Assembly: GCF_009914755.1 (NCBI RefSeq) | Contig: NC_060948.1 | Strand: one strand, 5' to 3' | DNA: 64,000 nucleotides | From: the human T2T-CHM13v2.0 reference genome, Homo sapiens | Shown: piece by piece, positions 1 to 14,364 of the stretch | How the letters are laid out: each line of letters begins with the position of its first letter | Numbering within the stretch: the stretch's first letter is position 1 | Notes under the pieces: model-generated | What the model saw: the letters and a program-made list of their open reading frames with translations, nothing else | What the model was told of the DNA's origin: nothing | Databases searched by the model: none | Position numbers and translations under genes: made by a program

Positions 1-40
1 ATATTTTGACATATCAGTGGACTTAGTACTTAGATTACAT

Positions 41-77
41 TTCTTTCTTTCTTTCTTCTCTTTCTTTCTTTCTTTCT

Positions 78-144
<67 letters not shown>
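41..144. repeat. (TTTC)n microsatellite
   Basis: Direct tetranucleotide run; explains the FFLS ORF 17..220. Confidence 0.97.
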
Positions 145-1191
145 GCTTTGGCATCCCTCAAGGTGCATTAGAACATATCACTGGGTCAAACACCCAGGTG
201 ACGTAACACTTCTGTCTTAACCCTGCCTACAGGACCCATTGTGACATTCCTCTATACCTATCAAACAAGTTAGGTGACTCTCCTCTTCTGCTGGGTCTCT
301 GCTCAAACGGGGCAGTGTGACATATCATTGGATCCAGCACCTAGCTGTTGTGACTAATTTTTTTATTGTTCCATCACGGGAGAGACTGTGAAATATCACT
401 AGTCTAAACACCAAAATGGCACTATTCTTTTGCCTTGGTCCTAAATTCTAAAGACATTGCAACATATTGCTAAACCCAGTACTAAGTGGATATAAGTCTC
501 CTGTCTGAAACCTGCCCACAGGGGGCATTAAAACACATCTTTAGGCCTATCAACTCTTTCATGTGAATCTTCTTTCTTACCTCAACTTTGCCCATATGGG
601 AGATTGTAATATATCTCTGGGTCCATCAACTTTTTATGTGACTCTTCTGTCTCGTGTTCTCCCTGCCCACAGGGATTATTGTGACATATATCCAGGCCCA
701 TCACCTGATTATGTCTCTCCTCCTTTTGCTGGGATTTACCCACAGTTGGGATTGTAACATATAACTTATCTAAACACCTACCCACTGTGGTGATTCTGAG
801 ACATAACTTGGTTCAGCCATGAAGTTATGTGACTCTCCTCCTCTTTCTGAGTCCTTTGCATGGCAAGCATTGTGATAAATTTCTGAGTCCTTCATGTAAA
901 TTTTGTTAATCTTCTCTCTGGGCCCTTCTCTCAGGGATGGTTGCAATATATTGCTGCACCCAGCAATTAGTTCATGTGACTCTTCTCTATTGCTTAACCT
1001 TCCCATAAAAGGGATTGTGGCCTATCACTGGGTCCAATGCCTAGTTGGTGCAATTGCCTTCATCTGCCCTGCCCACAGCGGTATTATGACATATCATTTT
1101 GTTCCTCACCTAGGTGATGTGACTCTCTACTGCATAAACCCTGCCAAACAGGGAGGTTGTAACATATCACTAGACCCAGAACTTAAGTGAC

Positions 1192-1731
1192 AGTATTAGC
1201 GTTCTCTAAAAGGTCAGAACCAACAAGATAGATGTGTATATGAAGGGGAGTTTGTTAGGAGTATTGGCTCACACAGTCACAAGGGGAAGTCTCACAATAG
1301 GCCGTCTGCAAGCTAAGCAGCAGGAAAGCCAGTCCAAGTCACAGAACCTCAAAAGTAGGGAAGCTAACAGTGCAGCCTTCAGTCTGTGGCTAAAGGCCTG
1401 AGAGCCTCTAGCAAACCAGTAATTTAATTCCAGGAGTTGAAAGTCTGAAGAACTTGGAGTCTGATGTTCAGGCAGGAAGCATCCAAGAAGAGAGAAAGGC
1501 AAAGACTGGAAGACTCAACAAGCCAAATCCTTCTAACTTCTGCCTGCTTTTATTCTAGTCATGCTGGCAGCTGATTAGATGGTGTCCACCCAGATTGAGG
1601 ATAGGTCTGCCTCTTCCAGTGCACTGACTCAAATACTAATCTCATTTGGCAACGCCTTCACAGAAACACCCAGGATCAATACTTTTCACCCCTCAATTCA
1701 ATCATATTGACATTCAGTATTAACCATCACA
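1192..1731 (-). mobile_element. MLT2A (probably MLT2A2) solo LTR of HERV-L
   Basis: Starts agtattagcgttctcta, ends cagtattaaccatcaca; 5-bp TSD GTGAC at 1187-1191 and 1732-1736. Confidence 0.88.
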
Positions 1732-1926
1732 GTGACATAACTCTCTTTTTATCCTGCGTCCCATATTTTGATTATTTTGACATGTTTCTGAGCCAATCTC
1801 CTAGAAGATAAAAGACTCTGCCTTGGCCATGCCACAGAGGGTCTTGTGATGTATCCCTGTACCCATCTACCCAGCACCTGACTGATACAACTCTACTGTC
1901 TGGGCTTAGCCCACATATGACATTCC

Positions 1927-2231
<305 letters not shown>

Positions 2232-3869
2232 CACATATGGTATTCTTATAGATCACTGGACAGAGCACCTAGAATATATGACTGTATTCTACATTGGTGC
2301 TATTCACAGACGGCATTTTTATATATTGATGAGCACCACACCCAGATTATGTGACTCTCCTGCCTGTTCTCTGTACACATGGGCCAGTGTGACATATTGC
2401 TAGGTTCAACTTCCAGGTAATGTAATTCTGCTCCCTGGTTCTGCCTACAGGGGATATTGAAAGATGTGTCACCCACCAAGTTAGTGATGTGACGTTCTTT
2501 TTTCTGCCTGGTTCCTGCTTAGACTGGAGATTTTCATTTACTGCTGAACCTAGAATCTAGATGATGTGATTCTTCTATTCTTTATAGGTTCTGTCCCCAA
2601 AGAAGATTGTGACATACTGACAACACCAAGGTGATTACTGTTTTGTCTTGGCCCTTCCCTTAGAAGGCATTGTTACATATTGCTGGCCACGTAAGCAAAA
2701 TGATATGAGCCCCTTTCTAGACAATGCACACATGTGACATTTTAACATACCTCTAGGCACATCAACTATTTGATGTGACTCTCCCCTCTTATCTAGGCTT
2801 TGCCCATAGTTGTGATTGTGACATATTTATGGACCCAGCATCTAGTTAACATGACTCTCCACTCCAGCATAAGCCGTGTTCACAAAAGAAACATCACTGA
2901 GCTCAGCACACAGGTGATGTGACTCCTCTGCCTGGTTCTGGATCACAGAAGTCATGACCTATCTTTGGGCCAATAACCTACAAGATATGACCCCTTGCTT
3001 CTTTCTGGGGCCTCTTCATAGTGGAGTTTGTAACATACTGGTTGATGTAATATCGACATAATGTGACTCTCCTCTTATGCCTGGGCCATGCCCACTATGG
3101 TGATTGTGGCATACATTTGGACCCAGCCACTAAGTTATGTGATTCTTTTTTTTCTCTTCGAGCCCAACCCACAAAAGCCACTGTGACATATCTCTGAGAC
3201 TCTCACATACATGATGTGACTTTCTCACCTGGATTCTCCCTTCATGGGGTATTGTGACATATTGCTGGACCCGACACCTAGATGATGTGACTCTCCTATA
3301 TAACTTGGGCCCCACATTCATTGTGTATTTTGACATATTCCTGGGACTTATCCCTAGGTGGTGCAACCTTATTGCATGGGTGTGGTTCACAGAGATATTA
3401 TGATATATCACTGTGGCTCTCCTCTCTTATCTGTGCTGACTAAAAAAAGGAATTGTGACATACAAGTAAACCCAGCACCTAGATGTGACTCTCCTGTTTT
3501 ACTTGGATCATGTATATTTTGCATATTGTGTCATATTGCTATACTAGACACTTTGGGAATGGGAGGCTCTTTCCTGAGCCCTGTGACATATCTCTGCATT
3601 CATGACTTAGGTTATGTGACTCACCTTTTCTACATTCACCATATCCACAGGAAATATTGTCACATTTTGTTGGGTCCAGCAACCAAGTAATTTGTCTCTC
3701 CTGCTTTTGTCCTGTTTTCAGAAAAGGTTTGTAAAATATTCTTGTCTGAGCACCCAGAAGATATAACTCTCCTTGCTGGTCCCTGTCCTAAGCAAAAATT
3801 GTAACATATCCCTGGCCCAGCGCCTAGAGAGCGTGACTCACCTGAGATTGTAAGATATACCTCAACACA

Positions 3870-4830
3870 GGTAAAATGATGACTCTCAAGCCTTGAACCA
3901 TCAAAAACAAGAGACACTGTCTCTCATGGCAAGGCTTAGGGATACACTAATTTGTGTACAAAACTCATAGGGGATTACTACTCTCTCATATATCACGTAA
4001 ATCCCTTGTGTAGTGCAGAGAGTAACCAGATGCAACACACAGGTAAGAGCTCATTTCTTATATGCCCACTCTGCCTACTGTTAGAATTACTGACCCACAA
4101 ATGGACACAGCTCATAGGTGAGGTCATAAATCTCACATGTAGGTGCAGTCCAAGGGGGAAATTGCAACTATCATGTGTGTACATTTGTCTACTTTTGTGG
4201 TGAATCATTTCTAAAACCAGTTTATAAAAATGTGAGGAAATGTGAGGAAATGTGTGGACTCTCAAATCCAGATGCAGTAAATGGAAACGATGTTGACTGT
4301 CATAATCGGTATTAGAGCCACAGGTATAACCATGGATGCACATAAGCACAAACGTCCCAGAGTAGATTGGAATAATTATGCATATTCCATAAACCCCTTG
4401 AGTGGTACAAAGAGTGTCTTAATAGAAACCAGTGAAAAAGTAAAGAGTGTGATACTTGTATGCACAGCCACCAGACTGTAAAGATTGTCATCTTTTCAGG
4501 TGAACACAGCTCACTATTGAGGTTTGAATCTCATATCCAGGGAAACTGAAAGTTGCAAAATTGACTCCCATAAGTAGATTTGGTCCACAGGTGTGTTGGT
4601 GACTCTTAGACAAATATTCAGCACTGCTGTGAGGTTGTGACTCCAATAAGGGGAAACAGTGCACAGGTGAGATTGTGGTTCACATGCATGAATCCAGTCC
4701 ATCGTCCAGTTTGTGATTTGTGTACTTACAGCCGACATACAGGAGGTGTTGACTCTCATACTTCAAACCAGGACATGTGTGGGATTTTAAAAATCTTATC
4801 ATTAAACCTTCCTGCAGGTATGATAGTGAC
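3870..4830. repeat. Spacer block B1 of the composite beta-satellite unit
   Basis: Non-68-bp sequence with ordered motifs (atgatgactctca; taaa-cc..gtggtaca-agagtgtc; aaaattgactc; attcagcac; gttgactctcata) shared with B2-B4. Confidence 0.75.
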
Positions 4831-6774
4831 ATGTGCTTTTCCCCAGCACCTGAGTAATTTGACTCTTCTGTCTGGGCTCCACCCACAGATGAGTTTGTGT
4901 CATATCACAGGATGCAGCATCCAGGTGATATGACTCTAGTCTCCTGCCTTAGCACTATTTAAGGGGGCATTGTAAACTATCACTTGGCTTTGCACGCAGG
5001 TGATGTGCCTTGGTACTGACCATGTAAGTCATTGTGACATGCACCCAAAGTATATGATGCTCTTGCCCGAGCCTTGCCAACAGAAACCATTTTGATGCAT
5101 TTCTGGGTCCAACATCCAGGTTATGTAACTCTCCTTCCTTGGTCCTGCATACTGGCAGCATTGCTCCACACCTCTGCATGCATCCCTAGGTGCTGTGACC
5201 CTTTTCTCCTAAATGGTTCCTGACTGTCCTCAGTGGGTCAGTTACATATCAGTGAACCCAACATCTAGCTTATGTGATTCTTTTATTTTTCCTAGCTTCT
5301 GCTCTTAGTGGAGATTGTGACACATCACTGAGACAAATCCCAATGTGATCTCAAACTTTTACCATGGCCCTGTCCTTAGAAAACACTGTGACATATTGCT
5401 GGGCCCAGCACTAAGCTAATGTGTATCCAGGCTGGATCCTGCCAACAGGGGCCATTGTGATATATATTTGGGCTCATCAATATTTGATGTGATTTTTCTC
5501 TCTAACCTGGGCTTGCCCATTAGCGAGATTGTGACATTTTTCTGGGCACAACATTTAGGCAACCTGATTCTCCATGCTTGCCTGGGTTCTGCCCACAAAC
5601 AAAAGAGTGACTTATTACTGAGCCTACTACAAACATGATGTGATTCTTCTGCTCTGCGTACAGGGGTTAGTGTGAAATCCCTCTGTGCACATCACCTAAT
5701 TAATGTGACTCTCTTCTTCTGCCTTGAAACTGTCCACAGTGGAGATTCTGACATACCACTTAATTCAGCACCTAAGTGATGTGATCTTCTTCTCATGTCT
5801 AGGCTCCACTCGCAGAAGTAATTGTGATATATATCTTGCCCCAGACTCTAGGCTATGTGACTCTCCTTTCCTTCCTGAGTCCCACTTACATGGAAGATTG
5901 TCATATGTCTCTGGGCCTCTCACTTTTGTGATGTGACTGTTTTACCTGATCCCTTTTCTTAGGAGGTATTGTGACATATTGCTGGACCCAGCACCTAGGT
6001 GACAAGATCTGCTCTACTGCTTGAGCTCACCTACAAGAGGAATTGTGATGTATCCTTTGTGACAATACCTAGGAATTGTTACTCTTCTCCCAGGCCTGGG
6101 CCCTTAATATATTGTGTATTTCAATGTCTCACAGGGTCCCACACATAAAAGATGTGATTTCCTGCATAGGCCATAATCACAAGATTGTATGATATATCAT
6201 TTCATTTATTACCTAGGTGATGTGACTCTTCCCTTTTACATGCATCCTGCAAAAGGGAGGATTGTGACACAATGTTGAATCCAGCACTTAGTTCATGTTT
6301 CTCTCCTCTTCTGTCTGGGCCTCATATACTTTGGGAATTGTGACATATTGTTATGCTTAACACCTAGCAGATAAGGTGTTTCCACATGGGCCATGCTCAC
6401 AGAGCACCTGTGACCTACTTCTGCATTTTTCACCTAGGTTATGTGATGCTCCACTTCTGTCTGCACCCTGTCCACAGAAAGATTGTGACATATGGCCTGA
6501 CCAAGCAACAAGGTGTTGTGATTGTGTTGCCTGAATTCTACTTACAGGGGAAATTGTGAAATATTTCTGGGCTCAGTATAAAAAGGTGTTCTGTATTCAA
6601 AAGGGGATTGTAACATATTCCTGGCCAAGCTCTCAGGTGATGACTCTCCTGCATGGTCTATGCACTCAGGGAAAATTGTGACATATTCCTGGACTAGCAC
6701 CCAGGTGATGAGACTCTCCTTCTTACTCTCAACCCAAAGGCAGAATTTTGTTCTGTACATAGGCCCAGCTCACA

Positions 6775-8030
6775 AGTATAATAATGACTGTCATATCTCA
6801 AATTAGTTGATTGAAGTGACACCATCTCATTTCAGCTAGACCGAAAGTGGGTAAGGTCCTGACTCTCCTCTTTTTAGGAAGGTCATAGAGGGTTATCATT
6901 GTCTTGCATATTGCATAAAGCTCTTGAGTCATACACAGACTGTCATAACAGTGCCCAGTACACAGGTGAGATTGTGTTTATTCTATGCACATTCTACTAG
7001 CTGTCCAAGTTGTCAAACTTTTGCATGGGCAAAACCCACTTCTGAGGTCCTGAATCTGACAAGCAGATCCAGTCCACAGTTGGAAATGAGACAATCATAT
7101 ATAAAAATTAGGCAAGAGTTGAGATGCTGACTCATCTTTTTTGCTTGCTTGTTTGTTTGTTTGTTGTTTGAGATGGAATCTCACTCTGTCTCCCAGGCCG
7201 GTGTGCAGAGGTGTGATTTTGGCTCACTGTAACCTCCTCCTCCTGGGTTCAAGTGATTCTTCTGCATCAGCCTCCTGAGTAGCTGGGACTACAGGGACCT
7301 GCGACCACACCTGCCTTTTTTTTTTTTTTTTTTTTTTTTTTGTATTTTTACTGATAAAGAGTTTCATCATGTTAGTCAGGATGGTCTTGATCTCCTGACC
7401 TTGTGATCTGCCCGCCTTGGCCTCCCAAAGTGCTGGGACTACAGGCATGTGCCACCTCACCTGGCCCAGTGGTGATTTATTTTTAAACTCATATTATAGG
7501 CACCCTGAGAATTCTCATATCTGGACCTGGTCAATTACAGAGATGGTGACTTTTGTACCTCTGGTTAAAGTCACAATTAAGATTATGAGGCCATACGTGC
7601 ATGAAGATCTTAGAGCAAATTGTGACTGTCATGCATACATTATAAAGCCTTATGGTGCTAAAGAGAATGTCCTAACAGGGCCCAGCAAACAGGTTATGCT
7701 GTGACTCTCATATGCACACTCAGTCAACAGTTAATTTTTTTCACATGAACTCAGTTCGCTGTTGAGGTTCTGAATCTTACACCCAAAGGCAGATGAAAAT
7801 TGGAAAACTGACTCTCAACAATGGGTCTTATCCACAGGTTGGTTGGTGATGCTCAAGTTGAGATTCAGCACTCCTGTGAGAAAACACAGTGACAGTAGGG
7901 ATAGAGGCTCGTAGGCATGGATTCAGCCCACCACTGAGATTGAGACTCGTGTACTTAGTCTCAACATACGGGAAGTGTGGACTCTCATACCTAGAACTGG
8001 GAAATAGGGGAAATTGTTAATTTCATCTTA
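6775..8030. repeat. Spacer block B2 (contains an Alu)
   Basis: Same motif order as B1, e.g. ataatgactgtcata 6781, taaagcc..ggtgctaaagagaatgtc ~7643, gattcagcac ~7862, gactctcatacctagaac ~7980. Confidence 0.75.
7136..7466 (-). mobile_element. Alu (AluS-like) with long central poly-T
   Basis: Two arms, (TTTG)n tail, long T run at ~7315-7341. Confidence 0.95.
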
Positions 8031-8329
8031 GGACAAATTGCTGGGCCAAGAATTAAGGTGATGTAAGTCTCCTGCTTAAACCCTATCCACAGGGAGCATA
8101 TCACCTCTGGGCCCATCTAGTTTTTGATGTAACTCTTCTCTCTGATATGGAATTTGCCCATTGGAGAAATTGTGACATATGTTTTTGCCTAGCTTACAGA
8201 TAATGTCATTCTTTTTTTTTCAGTCCTACCTACAGGGTAGGTAGGACATAATAGTGACATATCTCTATTATGTTACCTAGCTGAAGTGACTCTCCTCTTC
8301 TGTCTGGACCCTTTCCACAGTGGGAATTG

Positions 8330-8688
8330 TGTATTAGCCCATTTTCACACTGCAGATAAAGACATACCTGAGACAGGGCAATTTATGACAGAAAGAGGTT
8401 TAATGGACTGACAATTCCACGTGGCTGGGGAAGTCTCATGATCATGATGGAAGGTGAAAGGCACATCTTCCATGGCATCAGACAAGAGAAAAGGATTTGT
8501 GCATGGAAACTCCCCTTTATAAAATCATCAGATGCCATTAGATTTATTCACTATCATGAGAATAGCGTGGGAAATACGTCTTCTCGTGATTCAATTATCT
8601 CCCACTGGGTCCTTCTGACAGCATGTGGGAATTATAGGAGCCACAATTCAAGATGAGATTTGGGTGGGGACACAGAAAAACCATATCA
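8330..8688 (-). mobile_element. THE1 (THE1B/C-like) MaLR solo LTR
   Basis: tgtattagcccattttcacactgc...aaccatatca; TSD AATTG / GATTG. Confidence 0.9.
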
Positions 8689-9094
8689 GATTGTGACATA
8701 TCACTTGTAGAATCACCTAAGTATTATGACTCTCTTCTCCTGCCTGGGTCCTCCCTGGGCCATGCACACAGGTGTCCTTGTACATATCTTTGCATCCATC
8801 AACTATTTGATGTGACTTTCTTTTTTCTTCTTACACCCTTCCAACAGGGAAGATTGTGGCATATCACTGAATCAAGCAACCAAGTGATGTGACTCTCCTG
8901 CCTGAACCTTGACAACAGAAGTTATTGTCACATGTCACTGGACCCACCATTCAGGTGATAAAACTCTTCTGCCTGGTATCTGTTTTCAGAGAAGCTGGTG
9001 ACGTATTCCTGGACAAGCATCTAGGTGATGTAATGCTCTTGCTCATTTTCCACCCATAGATGGGATTGTGACAAATATCTTGACCCAGCTGACA

Positions 9095-9690
9095 GGTGTA
9101 ATAATGACTCTCATAGCTCAAACGAGCCAATAATAGAGATACTTTATCTTATAGTTAAGCTTAAGGAACTGATAAGATTCTGGGTCTCTTCCCTTTTAAA
9201 AAATGCCACAAATGATTACCACTCTTTCAGATATGGTATAACACCCTTAGGTGGTACAGAGAGTTTTCTAACAGGGCGTAACAAATAGGTTAAATTATGA
9301 CTTACAGGCACACTCAACAGACAGTGAAGATGACAGTAAAGATTATCATTTCCTCACATGAATAGAGCCAATGCTTGAGGTTCTGAATCTTACGCCTGAA
9401 GGCAGATGAAAGTTGCAAAAGTGATTCCCATATTTAGATAAAGTCCACAAGTGGGCTGGGGACTCTCAGACAAAAATTAAGTATACCTTTGAGTCTGTGA
9501 CTTCATTAGGGAAACACAATGTGCATGATGGATTGAGGCTCTCATACACAAATCAAGTCCACTATTAAGATTGTGATTCATGTTCTTGGAACCAATATAC
9601 ATAAAGTATTGACTCTCATATCTAGAAACAGGGCACTTGGAAGATTACTAATCTCATCTCTAAACACTTGTAAAGGTCATTGTGACATAT
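9095..9690. repeat. Spacer block B3 (short form)
   Basis: ataatgactctcata 9101, gtggtacagagag 9251, gaggttctgaatcttac ~9377, ttgactctcatatctagaa ~9609. Confidence 0.72.
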
Positions 9691-10715
9691 ACTTCTGTTT
9701 AGCACTTAAGGGATTTGATTCTTCTGCCTGGGCCCATCCCACATATGGGATTATGAAATACTACTGTACCCAGCACCTAGGTTATATGAGTCTATTATTG
9801 GTGTTGCCTACAGAGGGTATTGTGACATATAACTTGACCTTGCACCCAGGTGATGTAACTATCCTCTTATGCCTTGTTTCTGCCAACAGAGAGCATTGTA
9901 ATATATTGCTGGGCATCACATTCAGGTTATGTGACTTTCTTGCCTTGACCCTGTCCACAGAGGCTGTTGTGAAATATTGCTGGGTCTAACACCCAGGTGA
10001 TGTACCATTTTTCTTTGTTACCAACTACAGGAGGCATTGTGAAACATATATGTGCTCATCACCCAGGTTATATGACTCTCTTCTTTTGACTGAACCATGG
10101 TCACAGTGAGAATTGTGACATATCACTGGGCCCAGCACCAAGCTAACATGATTCCTCCCTTCTAGATCCTGCTCACAGGGGAGAATTTTGACATTTTCTT
10201 GGGCCAGACATCTAGGGTAATTTACTGTTTTTTTGTGGTGCTGTGTGGCTATGTCTTCCAAAAACATTATGACATATTGCTGAGCCCAGCACTAAGGTGT
10301 TGTGAATATCCACCCTGGACCTTGCTGACAGAAGGCATTTTGATATCTCTCTGGACCCATCAGTATGTGATGTGAATCTACTGTCTGATCTGGGTTTTGA
10401 TCATTGGATACTTTGTTTTATATTCTTTGTTCCAGAACCTAGGTGATGGGACTCTCCTCTTCTGTGTGGATCCTGCCCACAGAAGAAACAGTAACTTACC
10501 TCTTGGCCCAGGACACAGGTGACGTGATACTTCTGCCGGGGTCTTGCACACAGGGTACATTGTAAAATATCTATAGGCCCAACACCTAGTTCAAGTGACT
10601 TTCTTGTGCCTGAGCCCTGTTTACAGATGTAATTGTCATATTTTTCTCTGGCCAGCACCTTAGTAATGTGACTCTCCACTCATGCCTGGGCCCTGCCGAA
10701 AGGGCTGAATGAGAC

Positions 10716-11086
10716 TGTATTAGCTGTTCTCACATTGCTATAAGGATGGTACCAGAGATTCACTAATATATAAAAGAAAGAGGTTTAATTGACTCACAGT
10801 TCTGCATGTCTGGGGAGGCCTCAGAAAACTTATAATCATGGCAGAAAAGGGAAAGATATATATTAAATGGCAGCAGATGGCACACACTGAGTGTGTTTCT
10901 GTACAGAAAAAAAACTGCCACTTATAAAACCATCAGATCTCATGAGAATTTACTCACTATCATGAGAACAGCATGGGGAAAACTGTCCCCATAATCCAAT
11001 CACTTCCCACCAGATCTCTCCCTAAACACCTAGGCATTAAAATTCAAAATGAGATTTGGGTAGAGACAAAAAGCCTAACCATATCA
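10716..11086 (-). mobile_element. THE1D/MSTA-like MaLR solo LTR
   Basis: tgtattagctgttctcacattgctataa...cctaaccatatca; perfect TSD GAGAC at 10711-10715 and 11087-11091. Confidence 0.9.
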
Positions 11087-13217
11087 GAGACATATAGCTA
11101 GGCCCAGCACCTAAGTTATGTGACTCTTCCCTTCTTCTTGAGCCCAATCCACTAGGTGCATTATGATATATCTCTGGGCTCCTCACCTAAGTGACTCTCA
11201 GGTTTTATTGTGATATATTGCTGGACTCAGGACTTAGGTAATGTGACTCTCTTCTAATGTTTATGCTTTGCACACAAAAGAAATGTGATGTATCATAGAG
11301 CCCAGTACCTAGGTTATGTTGCTCTCCTCAACTGCCTAAGTCTTTTATACATTGTGTATGGTGAACTACGGCTGAGCCCAGCACCTAGGTAATGTGACTC
11401 TTCTGCATGGGTTCTTCCCACTGAAGTATTAGACATTTTTCTTCACTAAATAGGTTACATGACTCTGTTTTTCTGCTTGGAGGATACAAAGAAGATATTT
11501 TGACATATTACTGGACCCAGAACCTAGGTAGTATGACTCTTCTTTTGTTTAGGCATATATACTTCTGATATTGTGACATATTGCTGAACTCAACATCTAG
11601 AAGATGAAATGCTTCTGCCTAGCCTCCGTTCATATAAGGTCTTATGACATATCTCTGGGCCCATTACTAGGTGGTATCACTCTCTCTTCAGCCTGCATTC
11701 TGCACACAAAAGAATTTGGGAAATATTGCTGGCCCTAGCAGCCAGATGATTTGACTCTTCTTCCTGGCTGTGTACACAGGAATAATTATGACACATTTTT
11801 TTTGGTCCAACACTGTAGTGGTAACTCTTTTCCTTGGTTCTGCTTACAGGTGGCATTGTGACACTCCTGTGCACCCAGCACTCAGGTGATGGTAATGTAA
11901 CTTTCTTCTCCTGACTAACTTCTGTTCCAAAAAATGTGTGACATATCACTGGGCCCAACACCTAGCAAGTGTGACTCTTCACATCTTTCTAGGTTCCACC
12001 TGCAGGAAAAAATTGTAACACCAAAGCAATGTTACTCTTTTGCGTTGCCCCTGCACTCAGAAGATATTGTGATATATTATGGAGCACAGAATCCAGGTGA
12101 TGTAGCTCTTGCTGGGCCTTATCCAAAGGGGGCATTGGGACATATGGTTGGACCCACCACCCAGGTATTGTAATTTTACTGTCTTGGTGATGTGGCTTTT
12201 CTCTTTTGCCTGGGCCTCTTTCTCAGGGATAAATGTGACATATTGCTTGGCCCAGGAACCAGGATATGTGACCCTTCTCTTTTGGCCCTGCCTGCAGGGA
12301 ACATTGTGACATATCTCTGAATCCATCACATAGCCGACATGAATATCCTCTTCTGCTTGAGCTCTTCCCCAACTGGGGATATTAATATATCACTGCATCA
12401 AGTACCTTTATGATATCCCTCTCCTTTTCTGCTTTGGCTTTGCTTACGGGGAACATTGTGAAGTACTGATAGGTCCAAAGGCCAGATGATGTATCTGTTC
12501 TCTTCTGCCAGGACCTTACACACTGAGGGCATCATGACATGACCCTGAACCCATCACCTAGGTGGAGTAAATCTCCTGCCTTGGCCCTCCCCTCAAGAGA
12601 TATTTTACATGTTGCCAAACCAAGCACCTAGGTGATGTGACTTTTCCCTTCTGTGTGCGTCCTGTCAACAGTGTGTATTCTACCATAAGTTGACCCTGCA
12701 CCTAGGTGATGTGACTCTTCTCTTTTGGCTAGACCCTGACAACAGTGAGCATTGTGACATATTGCTGGATGCTACATGATACCTACATGATGAGACTCTT
12801 ATGCCTGGGCCCTGTCCTCAGGAGATACTATGACCTATTAATTGACCCAGTACCTAGGTGATTTGACTGTCCTGCCTTTGCTCTGCTTTGAGGGAAGATT
12901 GTGACTTATTTCTAAGCCTAATCTCTAGATAATGTGACTCTCCTTTTCTGTCTGGGATCTTTTCCACAGGGGGCATATTGACATATTGCTGGACCTAGCA
13001 TCAAAGTAATCTCACTTGTCCACTTGAGTCCTGCCCACAGGGCTGATATTTTCCATATTCCTTGTTAAGCACCCAGATGATATGACTCTTTTACCTGCTT
13101 ATAGGTGGGATTGTGACATATACCATGGCTCACTCCATAGGTGCTATGATGACTGTTGTACCTGGCCTCAGCCAGTGGGAGAGAAGTTGACTCTTGTCAC
13201 TAGTCTCAGAGAAGCAG

Positions 13218-13285
13218 GTTAGATTTAAGGGTAGGGATAGGGTTAGGGTTATACTTAGAATTAGAATTAGGGTTAGTGTTAGGCA
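13218..13285 (+). repeat. Degenerate (TTAGGG)n-like tract
   Basis: gttagatttaagggtagggatagggttagggttatacttagaattagaattagggttagtgttaggc: about 11 hexamers in phase, two perfect TTAGGG. Confidence 0.65.
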
Positions 13286-13604
13286 GGGCTCAAAGAAGAG
13301 AGTCTTATCACAGAGGATTATGACATTTCTGCATGTCATATAAAGCCTTCACGTGGCACAGAGAGTGTCATAAAATGACGGGTGATATGAATCTTCCATC
13401 TGTGCTCTCTTCCCAGGGAGTATTTTGACATATTGCTTGAACCAACAGTATGAGAGTCAACATACCCTGATTCTGGTAGGAGAGTCCTAACCTTCTTGTG
13501 AGCTGGATGTAGAAATAAGTAACGACTGTCATCCTTTCACAAAAATACAGCCTACCATTAAGGTTTTTATTCTCACATGTGGAGGCTGTCAAAAGTGAAA
13601 AATT

Positions 13605-13942
13605 GGCTGGGCGTCATGGCTTATGCCTGTAATCCCAGCACTCTGAGAGGCCTAGGCAGGTGGATCACTTGAGATCAGGTGTTCAAAATGAACCTGACCA
13701 ACATGGTGAAACCCCATCTTTACTGTAAAAATACAAAAATTCACCAGTCATGGTGGTGAGTGCCTATGATCACAGCTACTCAGGAAGCTGAGGCAGAAAA
13801 ATCACTTGAACTGAGATAGTGGAGAATCACTTGAACTGAGATAGTGGATGTTGCAGTGAGCTGAGATCCCAACGCTGCTCTCCAGTCTGGCAACAGAGCA
13901 AGACTCCATCTAAAAAAAATAAAAAATAAAAAAAAAAATAAA
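13605..13942 (+). mobile_element. Alu (AluS-like) with internal 25-bp tandem duplication
   Basis: Two arms plus A-tail; aatcacttgaactgagatagtgga occurs twice in tandem at ~13800-13849; TSD aaagtgaaaaattg / aaagttgaaaattg. Confidence 0.95.
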
Positions 13943-14364
13943 GTTGAAAATTGTGTCTCGTATGTGGGTCTGGTCCACATCAGCATTGCTGATGCTCAGA
14001 CCAAGATTCAGCCCACCTGTGAGGCTACTACTTTACCAAGGGACAGTCAACAGAAAGGATTGAGTGAGGCTTTCATGCACAGATCCTGTCTACCACTGAC
14101 GTTGTGACTAATGTACTTACACCCAACTTAAAGGAGAAAATTACTGTCATATCCAGAACCTGGACATAGGCAGGTTTGTTAATCTAATCCCTAGACCTTC
14201 CTGGAAGTGTGATTGTGGTATACAACTTCCCCCATAACTTGAGTGCTTTGATTATCTTGCCTTGGCCTAGCCAATAGATGGGACTGTAACATGTCAATGG
14301 ACCTCACATGAAGGCATGTGAATCTCTTCTTCTGCATTGATTTTCCTTACAAAGAGTAGTTTGA

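Larger units (their letters stand above)
13140..14220. repeat. Spacer block B4 (contains telomere-like tract and Alu)
   Basis: atgatgactg ~13146, taaagcc..gtggcacagagagtgtc 13341, gattcagcccac ~14005. Confidence 0.7.
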
